A stretch of 64,000 nt of DNA from an uncultured Chloroflexia bacterium (GTDB lineage Bacteria > Chloroflexota > Limnocylindria > QHBO01), in the NCBI GenBank assembly GCA_963847375.1, contig CAWJZO010000001.1:1922124-1986123 (forward strand). The letters are read 5' to 3'. The first letter of the stretch is position 1, and each line of letters opens with the position of its first letter. Both the position numbers and the translations under genes were made by a program. This document shows, one piece after another, positions 17,902 through 27,026 of this stretch. The notes under the pieces were generated by a model. That model did no database searches. It saw only the letters and a list, made by a program, of their open reading frames with translations, and was not told the origin of the DNA.

Positions 17902-19128
17902 ATGCCGCCCAATACGATCCTCATCTGCGCCCGCGCCCAAGCGCTCCGTACCGAGCTCGAGACAGCGCTGACCGACGCCGGCCACGAGGTCACGTCGGTC
18001 GCCACCCCCGCCGACGGGGTCGCGGCGATGCGCAAGACCCCGGTCGACCTCATCGTGGCCGAAGGTCTCGCCGCCTCCGGTGCAATCGCCTCGCTGCGGA
18101 CCGCGAGCGACGGACGGATCACGCCGATCCTCATCGTGTCGCCGGCGCACGACGTCGAGGCTCGAATTGCGTTCCTCGAGGCCGGCGCGGACGACGTCAT
18201 TGCCGGCGGCTTCGCGCCGACCGAGCTCGCAGGCCGGGTCATGGCCCTGCTGATCCGGACCGGTCGCGCAGCGACCGACTTCGCCTCCCACACGGGCTCC
18301 GCCGAGATCATCACGTTCTTCAGCCCGAAGGGCGGCGTTGGCACGACCACCCTGGCGGTGAACACCGCGGTGCTCCTGGCGGGTGGAGCGGGCGCCAAAC
18401 GGTCGCCGGCGGGATCGACGAACGGGGCGCTGCCGGTCTCGCGCGTCCTGCTCATCGACTTCGACCTCCAGTTCGGGCAGGTCGCCACGCACCTGAACCT
18501 CACGCCGCGCTATGACCTCGCCGGCCTCGCCACAGATGATCCATCGCTCGCAGACCCCGAGCTGGCGCGCACGTACCTCACGACGCACAGCTCCGGGTTG
18601 AATATCCTCGCCGCTCCGGCGCGCCCCGAAGCCGACTTCCGCGTCAGCCTGGAGCACCTCGAGCGGATCATCGAGCTCATGCAGCCGTCGTTCGACCACA
18701 TCCTCGTCGACCTCGGCAGCCGCCTCGACCCGCGCAGCCTCTGGCTCCTCGAACAGTCCGACGCGCACGTCTTCGTCCTATTCCCGGAGATCGCCGCCCT
18801 TCGCGCGATGAGCCTCCTGATGACATTCCTGGCCGACGCGACGCCGTTGCGGGCCCGGACGCACATCGTCATCAACCACATCTTCCCCAAGGAGCTGCTC
18901 AAGACGCGCGACGTCGAGAACCTGCTCCGCGCGAAGCCCGCGGCCGAGGTGCCCTACACCGAGGTCGAGATGATCCGCTCGGTCAACGAAGGCGTCCCGC
19001 TGGTCAGCAGCCGGCCGACGCATCCCGCCGCGATCGCGATGCGCCGTGTGGCGCAGACAGTCATCGGCATCGAGCAGCCTCAAGTGGCTGCCAAGCCGGA
19101 GCGGCGCCGGATGTTCGGCCGCCGCTGA
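17902..19128 (+). CDS. CpaE/TadZ-like ParA/MinD-family ATPase with a degenerate N-terminal receiver domain
   Basis: Receiver-like fold in which the acidic pocket and phosphoacceptor are replaced (ILICARAQ, DLIVAEG). It carries a deviant Walker A FFSPKGGVGTTTLAVN and LLIDFDLQFG. Confidence 0.8.
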   Translation: MPPNTILICARAQALRTELETALTDAGHEVTSVATPADGVAAMRKTPVDLIVAEGLAASGAIASLRTASDGRITPILIVSPAHDVEARIAFLEAGADDVIAGGFAPTELAGRVMALLIRTGRAATDFASHTGSAEIITFFSPKGGVGTTTLAVNTAVLLAGGAGAKRSPAGSTNGALPVSRVLLIDFDLQFGQVATHLNLTPRYDLAGLATDDPSLADPELARTYLTTHSSGLNILAAPARPEADFRVSLEHLERIIELMQPSFDHILVDLGSRLDPRSLWLLEQSDAHVFVLFPEIAALRAMSLLMTFLADATPLRARTHIVINHIFPKELLKTRDVENLLRAKPAAEVPYTEVEMIRSVNEGVPLVSSRPTHPAAIAMRRVAQTVIGIEQPQVAAKPERRRMFGRR

Positions 19129-19131
19129 GGC

Positions 19132-19215
19132 TGGTGCCGGAGGAGGGAGTCGAACCCCCACGCCTTGCGGCCGCCGGGTTTAAGCCGGCTGCGTCTGCCA
19201 TTCCGCCACTCCGGC
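19132..19215 (-). tRNA. tRNA-Leu (anticodon UAA), type II, CCA encoded
   Basis: GCCGGAG acceptor pairs with CUCCGGC. Anticodon stem GCCGG/CCGGC with loop CUUAAAC, a long variable arm and a GGUUCGACUCC T-arm. Confidence 0.9.
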
Positions 19216-19260
19216 GCGGCGGCAAGCGTACGACACCGCTCCGGGATGCGTCCGCTCAGT

Positions 19261-19656
19261 TCAGGGCGCGGCGACCTCTTCGCAGACCGCCGTGTTCGAC
19301 AGTGATGGGTCGTTGCACTGGATCCCCAGCAGCATGTCAACCGTGCTGGGATTGATCTCGTCGTCGACCACCTGCTGCGCGCCCGCGATCCAGTCGGCGA
19401 CCGATTCGCAGCTCTCGATCGTCGGCTGCAGCTCGGCCTGCAGGTCGCCCAGGTCGGAAAGCGAAGCGACTTCCATGTCGGCGAGCGGCGCAAATGACTC
19501 TTCGCAAGCCGGCGAGGCGTCGCCGATCACGGGACCCGACGCTTCGGCCGATCCCATGGGCGTTGAGCCCAACGGCTCATCGGTCGTGCCGTCTCCCTGG
19601 GTGGTGCATGCTGCGAGCAGGCCGACGAGGGCCAGTCCGGTGAGAAATCTGTTCAT
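19261..19656 (-). CDS. hypothetical lipoprotein (Cys-containing, acidic)
   Basis: ATG 19656 gives MNRFLTGLALVGLLAAC with the lipobox LAAC. The mature part has four further Cys residues. No domain recognised. Confidence 0.55.
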   Translation of the reverse strand: MNRFLTGLALVGLLAACTTQGDGTTDEPLGSTPMGSAEASGPVIGDASPACEESFAPLADMEVASLSDLGDLQAELQPTIESCESVADWIAGAQQVVDDEINPSTVDMLLGIQCNDPSLSNTAVCEEVAAP

Positions 19657-19883
19657 GCCGATGGATCCCCTGTGTTCGCTGTGCTCTATTGGAAGTACCC
19701 CGGCTGGACGCTCGGGGATCACTCAAACCGTTTCGGATCCGTCCTCGACGTCCGTGAGTCCGGCATCCGTCGGCGAGTTCTCAGGCGCGGCGACGTAACG
19801 TCCGGCCATCGCTGCGGCTCGCCGATGAGCCTCCGTTCGAACGTTGGTCTCACCATCGACGATCACTCGCAGGGAGCAATGAC

Positions 19884-20486
19884 ATGAAGCTGACCGCCAC
19901 GATGATGCTGACCGTGGACGGCGTGTACCAAGGCCCCGGGGGCCCCGATGAGGACCGACGCGGCGGGTTCGACCGCGGCGGTTGGATCGCGCCGCTCTTC
20001 GACGAGGAGACCGGGCGGTTCGTGACCTCGGTGTTCGAGCGCGCGGATGCCCTCCTCCTCGGGCGTCGGACTTGGGAGATCTTCGAGGGATACTGGCCGC
20101 ACCATGACGAGGGCGACGCGGTCTCCCACGGCATCAACGTCCTGCCCAAGTACGTTCCCTCGACCACGCTCAAAGATCCGGACTGGAACACCCACGTCAT
20201 CGGGGGCGACGTCGAGGCGGCGGTGCGCGAGCTCAAGGCGAAGCCCGGGCGCGAGCTCCAGGTCCATGGCAGCGGCGACCTGCTCCGGTGGCTGCTCGAG
20301 CGCGACCTCGTCGACGAGCTCAACCTGCAGATCTACCCCGTCGTGGTGGGCGACGGGCTGCGGCTGTTCCCGGAACAGGGGCAGACGCACGGTCTGAAGC
20401 TGGTCGAGTCGCGATCGACGCCGTCGGGCGTGACGATCCAGACCTATCGACCGGCCGGCCGCGCGACCTTCGGGGCCGCCGGCTGA
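19884..20486 (+). CDS. dihydrofolate reductase family protein (RibD C-terminal domain-like)
   Basis: 200 aa: MKLTATMMLTVDGVYQGPGGPDEDR...LLLGRRTWEIFEGYWP...LQVHGSGDLLRWLLERDLVDELNLQIYPVVVGDGLRLF. Confidence 0.8.
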   Translation: MKLTATMMLTVDGVYQGPGGPDEDRRGGFDRGGWIAPLFDEETGRFVTSVFERADALLLGRRTWEIFEGYWPHHDEGDAVSHGINVLPKYVPSTTLKDPDWNTHVIGGDVEAAVRELKAKPGRELQVHGSGDLLRWLLERDLVDELNLQIYPVVVGDGLRLFPEQGQTHGLKLVESRSTPSGVTIQTYRPAGRATFGAAG

Positions 20487-20668
20487 GGGCTGAGCGCTCG
20501 GCACGGCGCGTCATCGAACGGCCAAGGAGACCGGCGCGACGATCCGGAGACGTCGGTCACGATGGACAGCCTGCTCATCACCTGCCGACGATCTGGGATC
20601 ACGCGCAGGTGGCCTCCGAGCCGAGCGCGTGACTCGACATGGGCGTGGAGGACGACTCTGTGCCCGCG

Positions 20669-21754
20669 TTAGTCGCCGCCGCGGAAGACGCGGAGCAGTC
20701 GTCCACCGGTGAACATCCCGTCGGTCACGAAGATCTCGCCTGCCCGCGTCACGACGATGCCGCCTGGCTGCGACAGCGTGCCACGCACCAACTCGCGGCG
20801 CTCGCCGTTTGGACGAACTTCCTTGAGCACCGCCTTCGGGAAGGTGCCGCCCGGCGCGAAGCCCTCCTCGAACTTGAGCCAGCCCCCGCGCGCGATCTCG
20901 TAGACGTAGAGCCTCCCGTTCCGCGGGTCGAACGCGATGTCCATGATCGAGGTGAAGCCCGACCTCCACACCCCGCATGACCTTGACTGATGCGTGACGT
21001 CGCAGACCGCGTCTTGGGCATTCGGATCGACCCGCCAGATGTGGGCCGAGCCAGGCCGACCGGGAAAGCCGACCAGCTGGCCGACGTACGCCCAGCCCCC
21101 GCGGATGGCGATGCTCGTCGGCACTGCCTCCGCCGGGAGCCTGGGTGGCAGGGTCGGATCGCCGACCTTGTCCGTCCTGACGCGCTGCTGCTTCCAGCGC
21201 GCCACCGTCCAGGCGGTGCCGTCCGGCTTGACGCGGATCACGTCGTTGCCGGCCGCATCGGCGAGGAGCACATCGTTCGATCTGAGGGCAGCGAGGCCGA
21301 ACGGGTTCGTCTCGGCCGGATCCTGGGGCGAGATGTTGTAGGGATCCGGGTCGGCGGCCTGGTACGCCGCCATGTCAAGGATCGGTGAGATCGTCCCGTC
21401 GGGGGCCTGGCGATACAGGATGAAATCGGTCCCGATGGCCCATGTTGCGCCATCCGGCGTGATCGCGGCATCGACGATACTGACCTCATCGAGGAGGGTC
21501 ACGCTCGTGCCCTTCTTCGGTCCCTTGAAGAAGTACTCGAGCGCAGGACCGGGAGGCCCGTATGCGCCCGCCCCGATCGCGACCGATGTCCGCGAACGTA
21601 CGACGAGCGCCTTTGGTGAGTTCAGGTCGCTCAGCAGTACCCTGACACGGCCTCGACCGTCGTCATCGGCTGAGACCGGACCGGCGGTGCCAAGGATCGT
21701 TGCTCCGATGATCAGACAAGCGGAAGCAAGGCTTCCTACGCGCCGGAGCCTCAC
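20669..21754 (-). CDS. secreted beta-propeller protein (ScyD/ScyE-like)
   Basis: GTG 21754 with a GAGGAGG Shine-Dalgarno 7 nt upstream. A signal peptide (RLRRVGSLASACLIIGATILG) is followed by repeated propeller-like blocks (NPFGLAAL..., GWAYVGQLVGFPGRPG, RLYVYEI, GEIFVTDG). The track ORF extension to 21973 crosses tRNA-Cys and is rejected. Confidence 0.6.
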   Translation of the reverse strand: MRLRRVGSLASACLIIGATILGTAGPVSADDDGRGRVRVLLSDLNSPKALVVRSRTSVAIGAGAYGPPGPALEYFFKGPKKGTSVTLLDEVSIVDAAITPDGATWAIGTDFILYRQAPDGTISPILDMAAYQAADPDPYNISPQDPAETNPFGLAALRSNDVLLADAAGNDVIRVKPDGTAWTVARWKQQRVRTDKVGDPTLPPRLPAEAVPTSIAIRGGWAYVGQLVGFPGRPGSAHIWRVDPNAQDAVCDVTHQSRSCGVWRSGFTSIMDIAFDPRNGRLYVYEIARGGWLKFEEGFAPGGTFPKAVLKEVRPNGERRELVRGTLSQPGGIVVTRAGEIFVTDGMFTGGRLLRVFRGGD

Positions 21755-21844
21755 GGTCGGTCCTCCTCTACCTCGCCAGGGTGAGGAAAGTGTAGAGCCG
21801 ACGTCAACGAATGGCCGACGGCGGGCCGGCGGCCTTCGAGCATG

Positions 21845-21876
21845 CGAAAAGCCCCGCCGGGACTGCCGACGGGGCC
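21845..21876 (-). terminator. intrinsic terminator after the tRNA cluster
   Basis: Minus-strand RNA reads GCCCCGUCGGcagucCCGGCGGGGCUUUUCG: a 10-bp stem (one G-U pair), a 5-nt loop and a U4 tract, 20 nt downstream of tRNA-Cys. Confidence 0.65.
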
Positions 21877-21896
21877 GTTTCGTGCTTAGATCGTAG

Positions 21897-21971
21897 TGGA
21901 GGCGACGACGGGAATCGAACCCGTGTACGCGGTTTTGCAGACCGCTCCCTGAACCACTCGGGCACGTCGCC
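21897..21971 (-). tRNA. tRNA-Cys (anticodon GCA), CCA encoded
   Basis: GGCGACG acceptor, anticodon stem GCGGU/ACCGC with loop CUGCAAA, and T-loop GGUUCGAUUCC. Confidence 0.9.
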
Positions 21972-21987
21972 ACCGGTCCGTTTCGAC

Positions 21988-22061
21988 TGGCTGCCCCGGG
22001 TCGATTCGAACGACCGTTAACGGATCCAAAGTCCGCTGTCCTGCCACTAGACGACGGGGCA
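21988..22061 (-). tRNA. tRNA-Gln (anticodon UUG), CCA encoded
   Basis: UGCCCCG acceptor with a U1-A72 pair, typical of bacterial tRNA-Gln. Anticodon loop CUUUGGA and T-arm GGUCG-UUCGAAU-CGACC. Confidence 0.9.
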
Positions 22062-22130
22062 CCGATCGGGCCCCACGCTAGCAGGTCGGCCTTGGAGCAA
22101 CCAGCCGCCCATCCGGATCAGATCGGGGAA

Positions 22131-22206
22131 TGGAGCGGAAGACGGGACTCGAACCCGCGACCCTCACCTTGGCAAGGTGATGCTCTACCAACTGAGCCAC
22201 TTCCGC
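22131..22206 (-). tRNA. tRNA-Gly (anticodon GCC), CCA encoded
   Basis: GCGGAAG acceptor, anticodon stem UCACC/GGUGA with loop UUGCCAA, and T-loop GGUUCGAGUCC. Confidence 0.92.
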
Positions 22207-22239
22207 CCGCTTGTCCGCCCCCGATTGTACTGCGAGGAG

Positions 22240-22315
22240 TGGTGCCGAGGGCCAGGATCGAACTGGCGACACCTGGATTTTCAGTCCAGTGCTCTACCGA
22301 CTGAGCTACCTCGGC
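22240..22315 (-). tRNA. tRNA-Phe (anticodon GAA), CCA encoded
   Basis: GCCGAGG acceptor, GCUCAGUCGGUAGAGC D-arm, anticodon loop CUGAAAA and T-loop AGUUCGAUCCU. Confidence 0.92.
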
Positions 22316-22385
22316 TCATGCAGTTCGTCGGGAACGGCCGCAAGAATACCGATGCGTTCAGCCGGTCGCAACCTGGCGACCTCCA

Positions 22386-23360
22386 TCAACGTCCCGTCGT
22401 GAGGCCCATCCGGCCGGCGATGTTCTCGAGCTGCCGGATCCGCTCGCCGATCGGCGGATGGGTGTCCCAGAGCGACTTCGCCCGCTCTTCGAACGACTTG
22501 ATTGGGTTGACGATGTAGAGGTGCTGGGTCGCGCGGTTGGCGACCTCGAGCACCTCACGGTCGTCGCTGATCGTGCGCAGCGCGCGCGCCAGGCCGACGG
22601 GGTTGCGGGTCAGCTCGACGGCGGTCGCATCGGCCAACGACTCACGCGTCCGGCTGACTGCCGCCTGCACGAGCCGGCCGATCAGCGGCGCGAGCACGGC
22701 GAGGACAATGGCGAGGACGAAGATGAGCGCCGCCGCTCCCCCACCCCCACGATCCGAGTCACTGCTGCTCCGGCGGCCGCCGCCCCAATAGGTGAAGCGC
22801 AGGAACCAGTCGGCGAGGAGCGCGATCGCGCCAACCAGCACCCCGACGAGCAGCGTGAACCGGATGTCGAGGTTGCCGATATGGCTCATCTCGTGGCCGA
22901 TGACGCCCTGGAGCTGCTCGCGGTCGAGCTTGTCGAGCAGCCCGGTCGTGACCGCCACGCTGGCATGCTCCGGGTCGCGGCCGGTAGCGAACGCGTTCGG
23001 CGCCGAGTCATCGATGACCCACAGCCGCGGCGGCGGCAGCCCGCCTGCCAGGCGCATCTCCTCGACGACGTTGACGAGCTGCTTGAGCGGCTCCGCCGGG
23101 TTGGCCCGATCAATCTCGCGGGCGCCGCTCGTGGCCATGACGAGCGCGTCGCCGGCGAACCACGAGCCGATGCTCATCGCGGTGGCCAGCCCGAGCGCCA
23201 GCACCAGACCGCCCCAGCCGAATCCTGTCGCGTAGCCGATCGCGCCGCCCAGCAAACCGAGGACGACGATCACCACGGCGACGAGGAGCCAGCTCCGGCG
23301 CCGGTTGCGATCGATCTCGCGATAGAAGGTGGTCGGCGCCAGGCGCGCCGAGGCGCTCAT
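22386..23360 (-). CDS. htpX: M48-family zinc metalloprotease HtpX
   Basis: TM helices plus the HEMSHIGNLD zinc motif and a downstream SRTRESLADATAVELT region. Lies immediately downstream of lemA. Confidence 0.9.
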   Translation of the reverse strand: MSASARLAPTTFYREIDRNRRRSWLLVAVVIVVLGLLGGAIGYATGFGWGGLVLALGLATAMSIGSWFAGDALVMATSGAREIDRANPAEPLKQLVNVVEEMRLAGGLPPPRLWVIDDSAPNAFATGRDPEHASVAVTTGLLDKLDREQLQGVIGHEMSHIGNLDIRFTLLVGVLVGAIALLADWFLRFTYWGGGRRSSSDSDRGGGGAAALIFVLAIVLAVLAPLIGRLVQAAVSRTRESLADATAVELTRNPVGLARALRTISDDREVLEVANRATQHLYIVNPIKSFEERAKSLWDTHPPIGERIRQLENIAGRMGLTTGR

Positions 23361-23371
23361 CGGCTAATCGG

Positions 23372-23950
23372 TCAGGTCGTGCGCAGGTTCACCTCGGGCA
23401 CCGCGGTGTCGGCCTCCTCGATCTGGAAGTAGTCGCGCTCGCGGAAGCCGAACACGCCCGCGATGAGCACGTTCGGGAAGGTCTGGACCGAGGTGTTGAA
23501 CTCGCGGACCGAGGCGTTGTAGTGCTGCCGGCTGAACCCGATCTGGTTCTCCGTCGTCGTCAGCTCCTCCTGGAGCTCGAGGACGTTCTGGTTCGCCTTC
23601 AGGTCAGGGTAGTTCTCGACGAGGGCGAACAGCTGACGCAGCGCGCCGGTCAGGAAGTTCTCCGCCTGCGCGGCCTGTCCCGCATTCGCCGGACCTGCCT
23701 GCTGGGCGGTCACGGCCGCGCTTCGAGCCTCGATGACCCGCGTCAGGGTCTCCTGCTCGAAGTCCATGTAGCCCTTGACGGCGTTGACGAGGTTCGGGAT
23801 CAGGTCGTGCCGGCGCTTGAGCTGGACGCTGATCTGGTTCCACGCCTCGTCGACCATGTTCCGCAGCCGGACGAGCGCGTTGTACGTGAAGATCAGGAAG
23901 ACGGCGATCACCGCGACGGCGATGAGCAGGATGATCAGCCACAGTTCCAT
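23372..23950 (-). CDS. lemA: LemA family protein
   Basis: N-terminal TM helix, then YNALVRLRN...AWNQISVQLKRRHDLIPNLV...ENYPDLKANQNVLELQEELTTTENQI. Confidence 0.9.
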   Translation of the reverse strand: MELWLIILLIAVAVIAVFLIFTYNALVRLRNMVDEAWNQISVQLKRRHDLIPNLVNAVKGYMDFEQETLTRVIEARSAAVTAQQAGPANAGQAAQAENFLTGALRQLFALVENYPDLKANQNVLELQEELTTTENQIGFSRQHYNASVREFNTSVQTFPNVLIAGVFGFRERDYFQIEEADTAVPEVNLRTT

Positions 23951-24024
23951 GCGGGAGGCTCCTCGAACCAGGGAGTTGACCCCCGAATCGTACCAGCCGC
24001 GAGCCCGCTACTCTGAGGGCGCCT

Positions 24025-24921
24025 ATGACCGCGACAGCCGCTCCCCCACCCGCCGTTGCCGTGAGCGATCTGCGGATGCGGTATGGGGCGAAGGACGTCC
24101 TCCATGGGGTGAGCTTCGCCGTCGAGCGCGGCGAGGTCGTCACGCTGCTGGGGCCCAACGGCGCGGGCAAGACGACGATCATCGAGATCCTCGAAGGCTT
24201 CCGCATGCCTTCGGCAGGCGCCGTCGAGGTGCTCGGGACCGATCCGGCGCACGCCGACGAGGACTGGCGTGCCCGCGTCGGGATCGTGCTGCAGTCGTGG
24301 CGCGACCACGGGAAGTGGCGGGTGCGGCAGCTGCTGCACAACCTCGGGCGCTTCTACGAGCCCTATGCCACCGCCGATCGGCCGCGTCCGCGCCCGGTCG
24401 ACGAGCTGATCGAGACCGTCGGGCTCAGCGAGCAGGCGAGTCAGCGGATCTCGACGCTGTCGGGCGGGCAGCGGCGGCGGCTCGACGTCGCCATCGGTCT
24501 GATCGGTCGACCGGAGCTCCTCTTCCTCGACGAGCCGACCGCGGGCTTCGACCCAGAGGCGCGCCGCGACTTCCACGACCTCGTGCGCGGCCTCTCGGAC
24601 GGAGAGGAGACGACGATCTTCCTGACCACCCACGACCTCGACGAGGCCGAAAAGCTCGCCGACCGGATCGTCATCCTGGCAAGCGGCCGGATCGTGGCCG
24701 ATGGAACGGCCGATGACCTGGCCAGAAGCGTCTCGACCACCGCCGAGGTGCGCTGGACGCGCGACGGCTCACGCCACACCGAGACGACGACCGATGCAAC
24801 CGCCTTCGTCCGGACACTCCTGGGCGACGGGGGCGAGGTCGCGGACCTCGAAGTCCGCCGCGCCAGCCTGGAGGACACGTACATGGCGATGGTCCGCCGC
24901 GACGAGGCGCCCGACGCATGA
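24025..24921 (+). CDS. ABC transporter ATP-binding protein (ABC-2/DrrA-like)
   Basis: Walker A GPNGAGKTT, signature LSGGQRRRL and Walker B LLFLDEPT. Confidence 0.9.
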   Translation: MTATAAPPPAVAVSDLRMRYGAKDVLHGVSFAVERGEVVTLLGPNGAGKTTIIEILEGFRMPSAGAVEVLGTDPAHADEDWRARVGIVLQSWRDHGKWRVRQLLHNLGRFYEPYATADRPRPRPVDELIETVGLSEQASQRISTLSGGQRRRLDVAIGLIGRPELLFLDEPTAGFDPEARRDFHDLVRGLSDGEETTIFLTTHDLDEAEKLADRIVILASGRIVADGTADDLARSVSTTAEVRWTRDGSRHTETTTDATAFVRTLLGDGGEVADLEVRRASLEDTYMAMVRRDEAPDA

Positions 24922-25769
24922 GCCCGGCCGCGTTGCACGGCGCCCGCATCGGCCTCGAGCGTGGCTGGATCATGTTCCGCCACATCATCACCACCGCCGA
25001 TGGGATCTGGAACACGGTCATCTGGAATGGGATCCCGCTCGCGATCCTCATCCTCAATCGCGACGAGGTCGTCGAGGGCACCGAACTGTCGCTGGCCGTC
25101 GTGGCCCTGCCCGGGTTCCTGGGCCTGATGATCGCGGCGTCGGCGATCGGCCCGGCCTACTACCTCGCCGCGGAGCGCGAAGACGGCACGGTCCTCCGTG
25201 CCAAGGCAGTGCCGCATGGCATCCTGGGCTACGTCACCGGCGTGCTGACCCAGGCGTCGCTCGAGACGTTCCTGGGGATCGCGCTCATCCTGATTCCGGG
25301 CTTCTTCCTCTTTCCCGGCCTCGTGGTCGATTACCCGCTGCGGTGGGGCGTCTTCGTGATCGTCGTCGTCCTCGGCCTGCTGGCCGTGCTGCCGGCCGGC
25401 GTCGTCATCGGCTCGCTCGTGCGCAGCCCGCGCCTGGTGGGTGGCCTCGGGTTCCTGCTCATCGGCGGCATGGCGGTCGTGTCCGGCATCCTCATCCCGC
25501 TCCAGACGATGCCCGGCTGGGTGCAGGTCATCGGCCAGGTGCTGCCGACGTACTGGATCGGCGTGGGCATGCGGTTCGTCTTCCTGCCCGATGCGGCCGC
25601 CGCCATCGAGATCGGGCAGGTGTGGAGACTGTGGGAGGCGACCGCGGTGCTCGGCGTCTGGGCGCTCGGCGGCATCCTCGTCGCGCCGGCCGTGCTGCGG
25701 CGCATGGCGCGTCGCGAGTCCGGAGCCTCCGTTGAGGCGAGCCGCCAGGAGGCGCTGCAGCGAATGTAA
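24918..25769 (+). CDS. ABC-2 type transporter permease
   Basis: 283 aa with six predicted TM segments. Its start overlaps the ATPase stop by 4 nt. Confidence 0.8.
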   Translation: MSPAALHGARIGLERGWIMFRHIITTADGIWNTVIWNGIPLAILILNRDEVVEGTELSLAVVALPGFLGLMIAASAIGPAYYLAAEREDGTVLRAKAVPHGILGYVTGVLTQASLETFLGIALILIPGFFLFPGLVVDYPLRWGVFVIVVVLGLLAVLPAGVVIGSLVRSPRLVGGLGFLLIGGMAVVSGILIPLQTMPGWVQVIGQVLPTYWIGVGMRFVFLPDAAAAIEIGQVWRLWEATAVLGVWALGGILVAPAVLRRMARRESGASVEASRQEALQRM

Positions 25770-25776
25770 GGGTCGA

Positions 25777-25853
25777 TGGTGGGCGGTGAGGGGCTCGAAC
25801 CCCCGACCTCCTCGGTGTAAGCGAGGTGCTCTGACCAGCTGAGCTAACCGCCC
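25777..25853 (-). tRNA. tRNA-Val (anticodon UAC), CCA encoded
   Basis: GGGCGGU acceptor, GCUCAGCUGGUCAGAGC D-arm, anticodon stem CCUCG/CGAGG with loop CUUACAC, and T-loop GGUUCGAGCCC. Confidence 0.92.
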
Positions 25854-26015
25854 GGGGCATCCTATCTCAAGGACCGACAGGAGCTGAGCGCACGTGCATC
25901 CCCGGACCAGTCACGGCGATGGCATGCAACACACCGTTCACTGCGAGTAGTAGCGCGGGCTGGACCGGTGGGATAGGCTGCCCGATGCAATCCGTCATTC
26001 CTCCCGAGCACGAAC

Positions 26016-26987
26016 ATGCGCCGCCTTTTCCGAACCCGCCGTCGCACCCTCCTCATCGCCCTTGGTCTCGGTCTCGTGGTGGCTGGACTGGCAGGCCTCT
26101 CCGCGTTCGCGCTGAACTGGTGGTCCGAAGATGGAACGAACGTGGCGGTCGCGCCCGACTTCAGTTCGCCGGCCGAGATCGAGCCGGGCACCGATACGAT
26201 CGTGGCGGTGGGCGACATCGCGGTGTGCGGTACATCCTTCGACGAGCAGACCGCCGAACTGGCCCAGAGTCTCCCCGGCACGATCCTCGGCCTGGGCGAC
26301 ATGGTCTACGAGGACGCGACGGAGCGCGAATTCAAAGCGTGCTTCGAGCCGTCGTGGGGCGGGCTCAAGGAGCGCATTCGCCCGGTGCCGGGCAACCATG
26401 AGTTCCAAACGGCGGGAGCCGGGCCGTACTACGAGTATTTCGGCGACGCCGCGGGGACGCCGGGGCTCGGCTGGTACAGCTTCGACATCGGCGCATGGCA
26501 CGTCATTGCGCTCAACTCGAACTGCCTCGATCAGCCGAATCTGTGCTCGGACGACTCGGCGCAGGGCGACTGGCTCGAAGAAGATCTGGCCCGTCACCCG
26601 ACGGCTTGCACCCTGGCGTTCATGCACCATCCTCGCTGGACCTCGGGGGAGCACGGCAGCGATCCCCAGCTCGGAGAGTTCTGGACGATGCTGTACGACG
26701 CAGGGGTCGACGTGGTGCTGACTGCACACGACCATGACTACGAGCGCTTCACGCCGATGGACGCCAATGGCGCGGCCGACCCGACGAGGGGCATTCGGCT
26801 GTTCATCGTCGGCACGGGAGGGCGCTCGCTCGATCCGTTCGCGGAGATCCTGCCCACCAGCGAGGCCCGCAATAACGTCTCCTTCGGCCTCCTCCAGATG
26901 GCGCTGCACGACGATGGGTACAGCTGGCTGTTCCACCCCACCGACCCGGAGGGCTACCGAGATGCAGGGTCCGATCGCTGCCACTGA
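26016..26987 (+). CDS. secreted calcineurin-like metallophosphoesterase
   Basis: N-terminal RRR-containing signal/TM segment. Metallophosphoesterase motifs GDIAVCG, GDMVYED, GNHEF, HHPRW and AHDHDYERF. Confidence 0.8.
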   Translation: MRRLFRTRRRTLLIALGLGLVVAGLAGLSAFALNWWSEDGTNVAVAPDFSSPAEIEPGTDTIVAVGDIAVCGTSFDEQTAELAQSLPGTILGLGDMVYEDATEREFKACFEPSWGGLKERIRPVPGNHEFQTAGAGPYYEYFGDAAGTPGLGWYSFDIGAWHVIALNSNCLDQPNLCSDDSAQGDWLEEDLARHPTACTLAFMHHPRWTSGEHGSDPQLGEFWTMLYDAGVDVVLTAHDHDYERFTPMDANGAADPTRGIRLFIVGTGGRSLDPFAEILPTSEARNNVSFGLLQMALHDDGYSWLFHPTDPEGYRDAGSDRCH

Positions 26988-27026
26988 GGCGCGATCAAGC
27001 TGACATTGGATCCTGCTCCAACCGGA

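Noticed and set aside
21755-21973. N-terminal extension of the beta-propeller ORF
   Set aside because: The extension runs through tRNA-Cys and its terminator. An internal GTG at 21754 has a GAGGAGG Shine-Dalgarno and is followed by a signal peptide.
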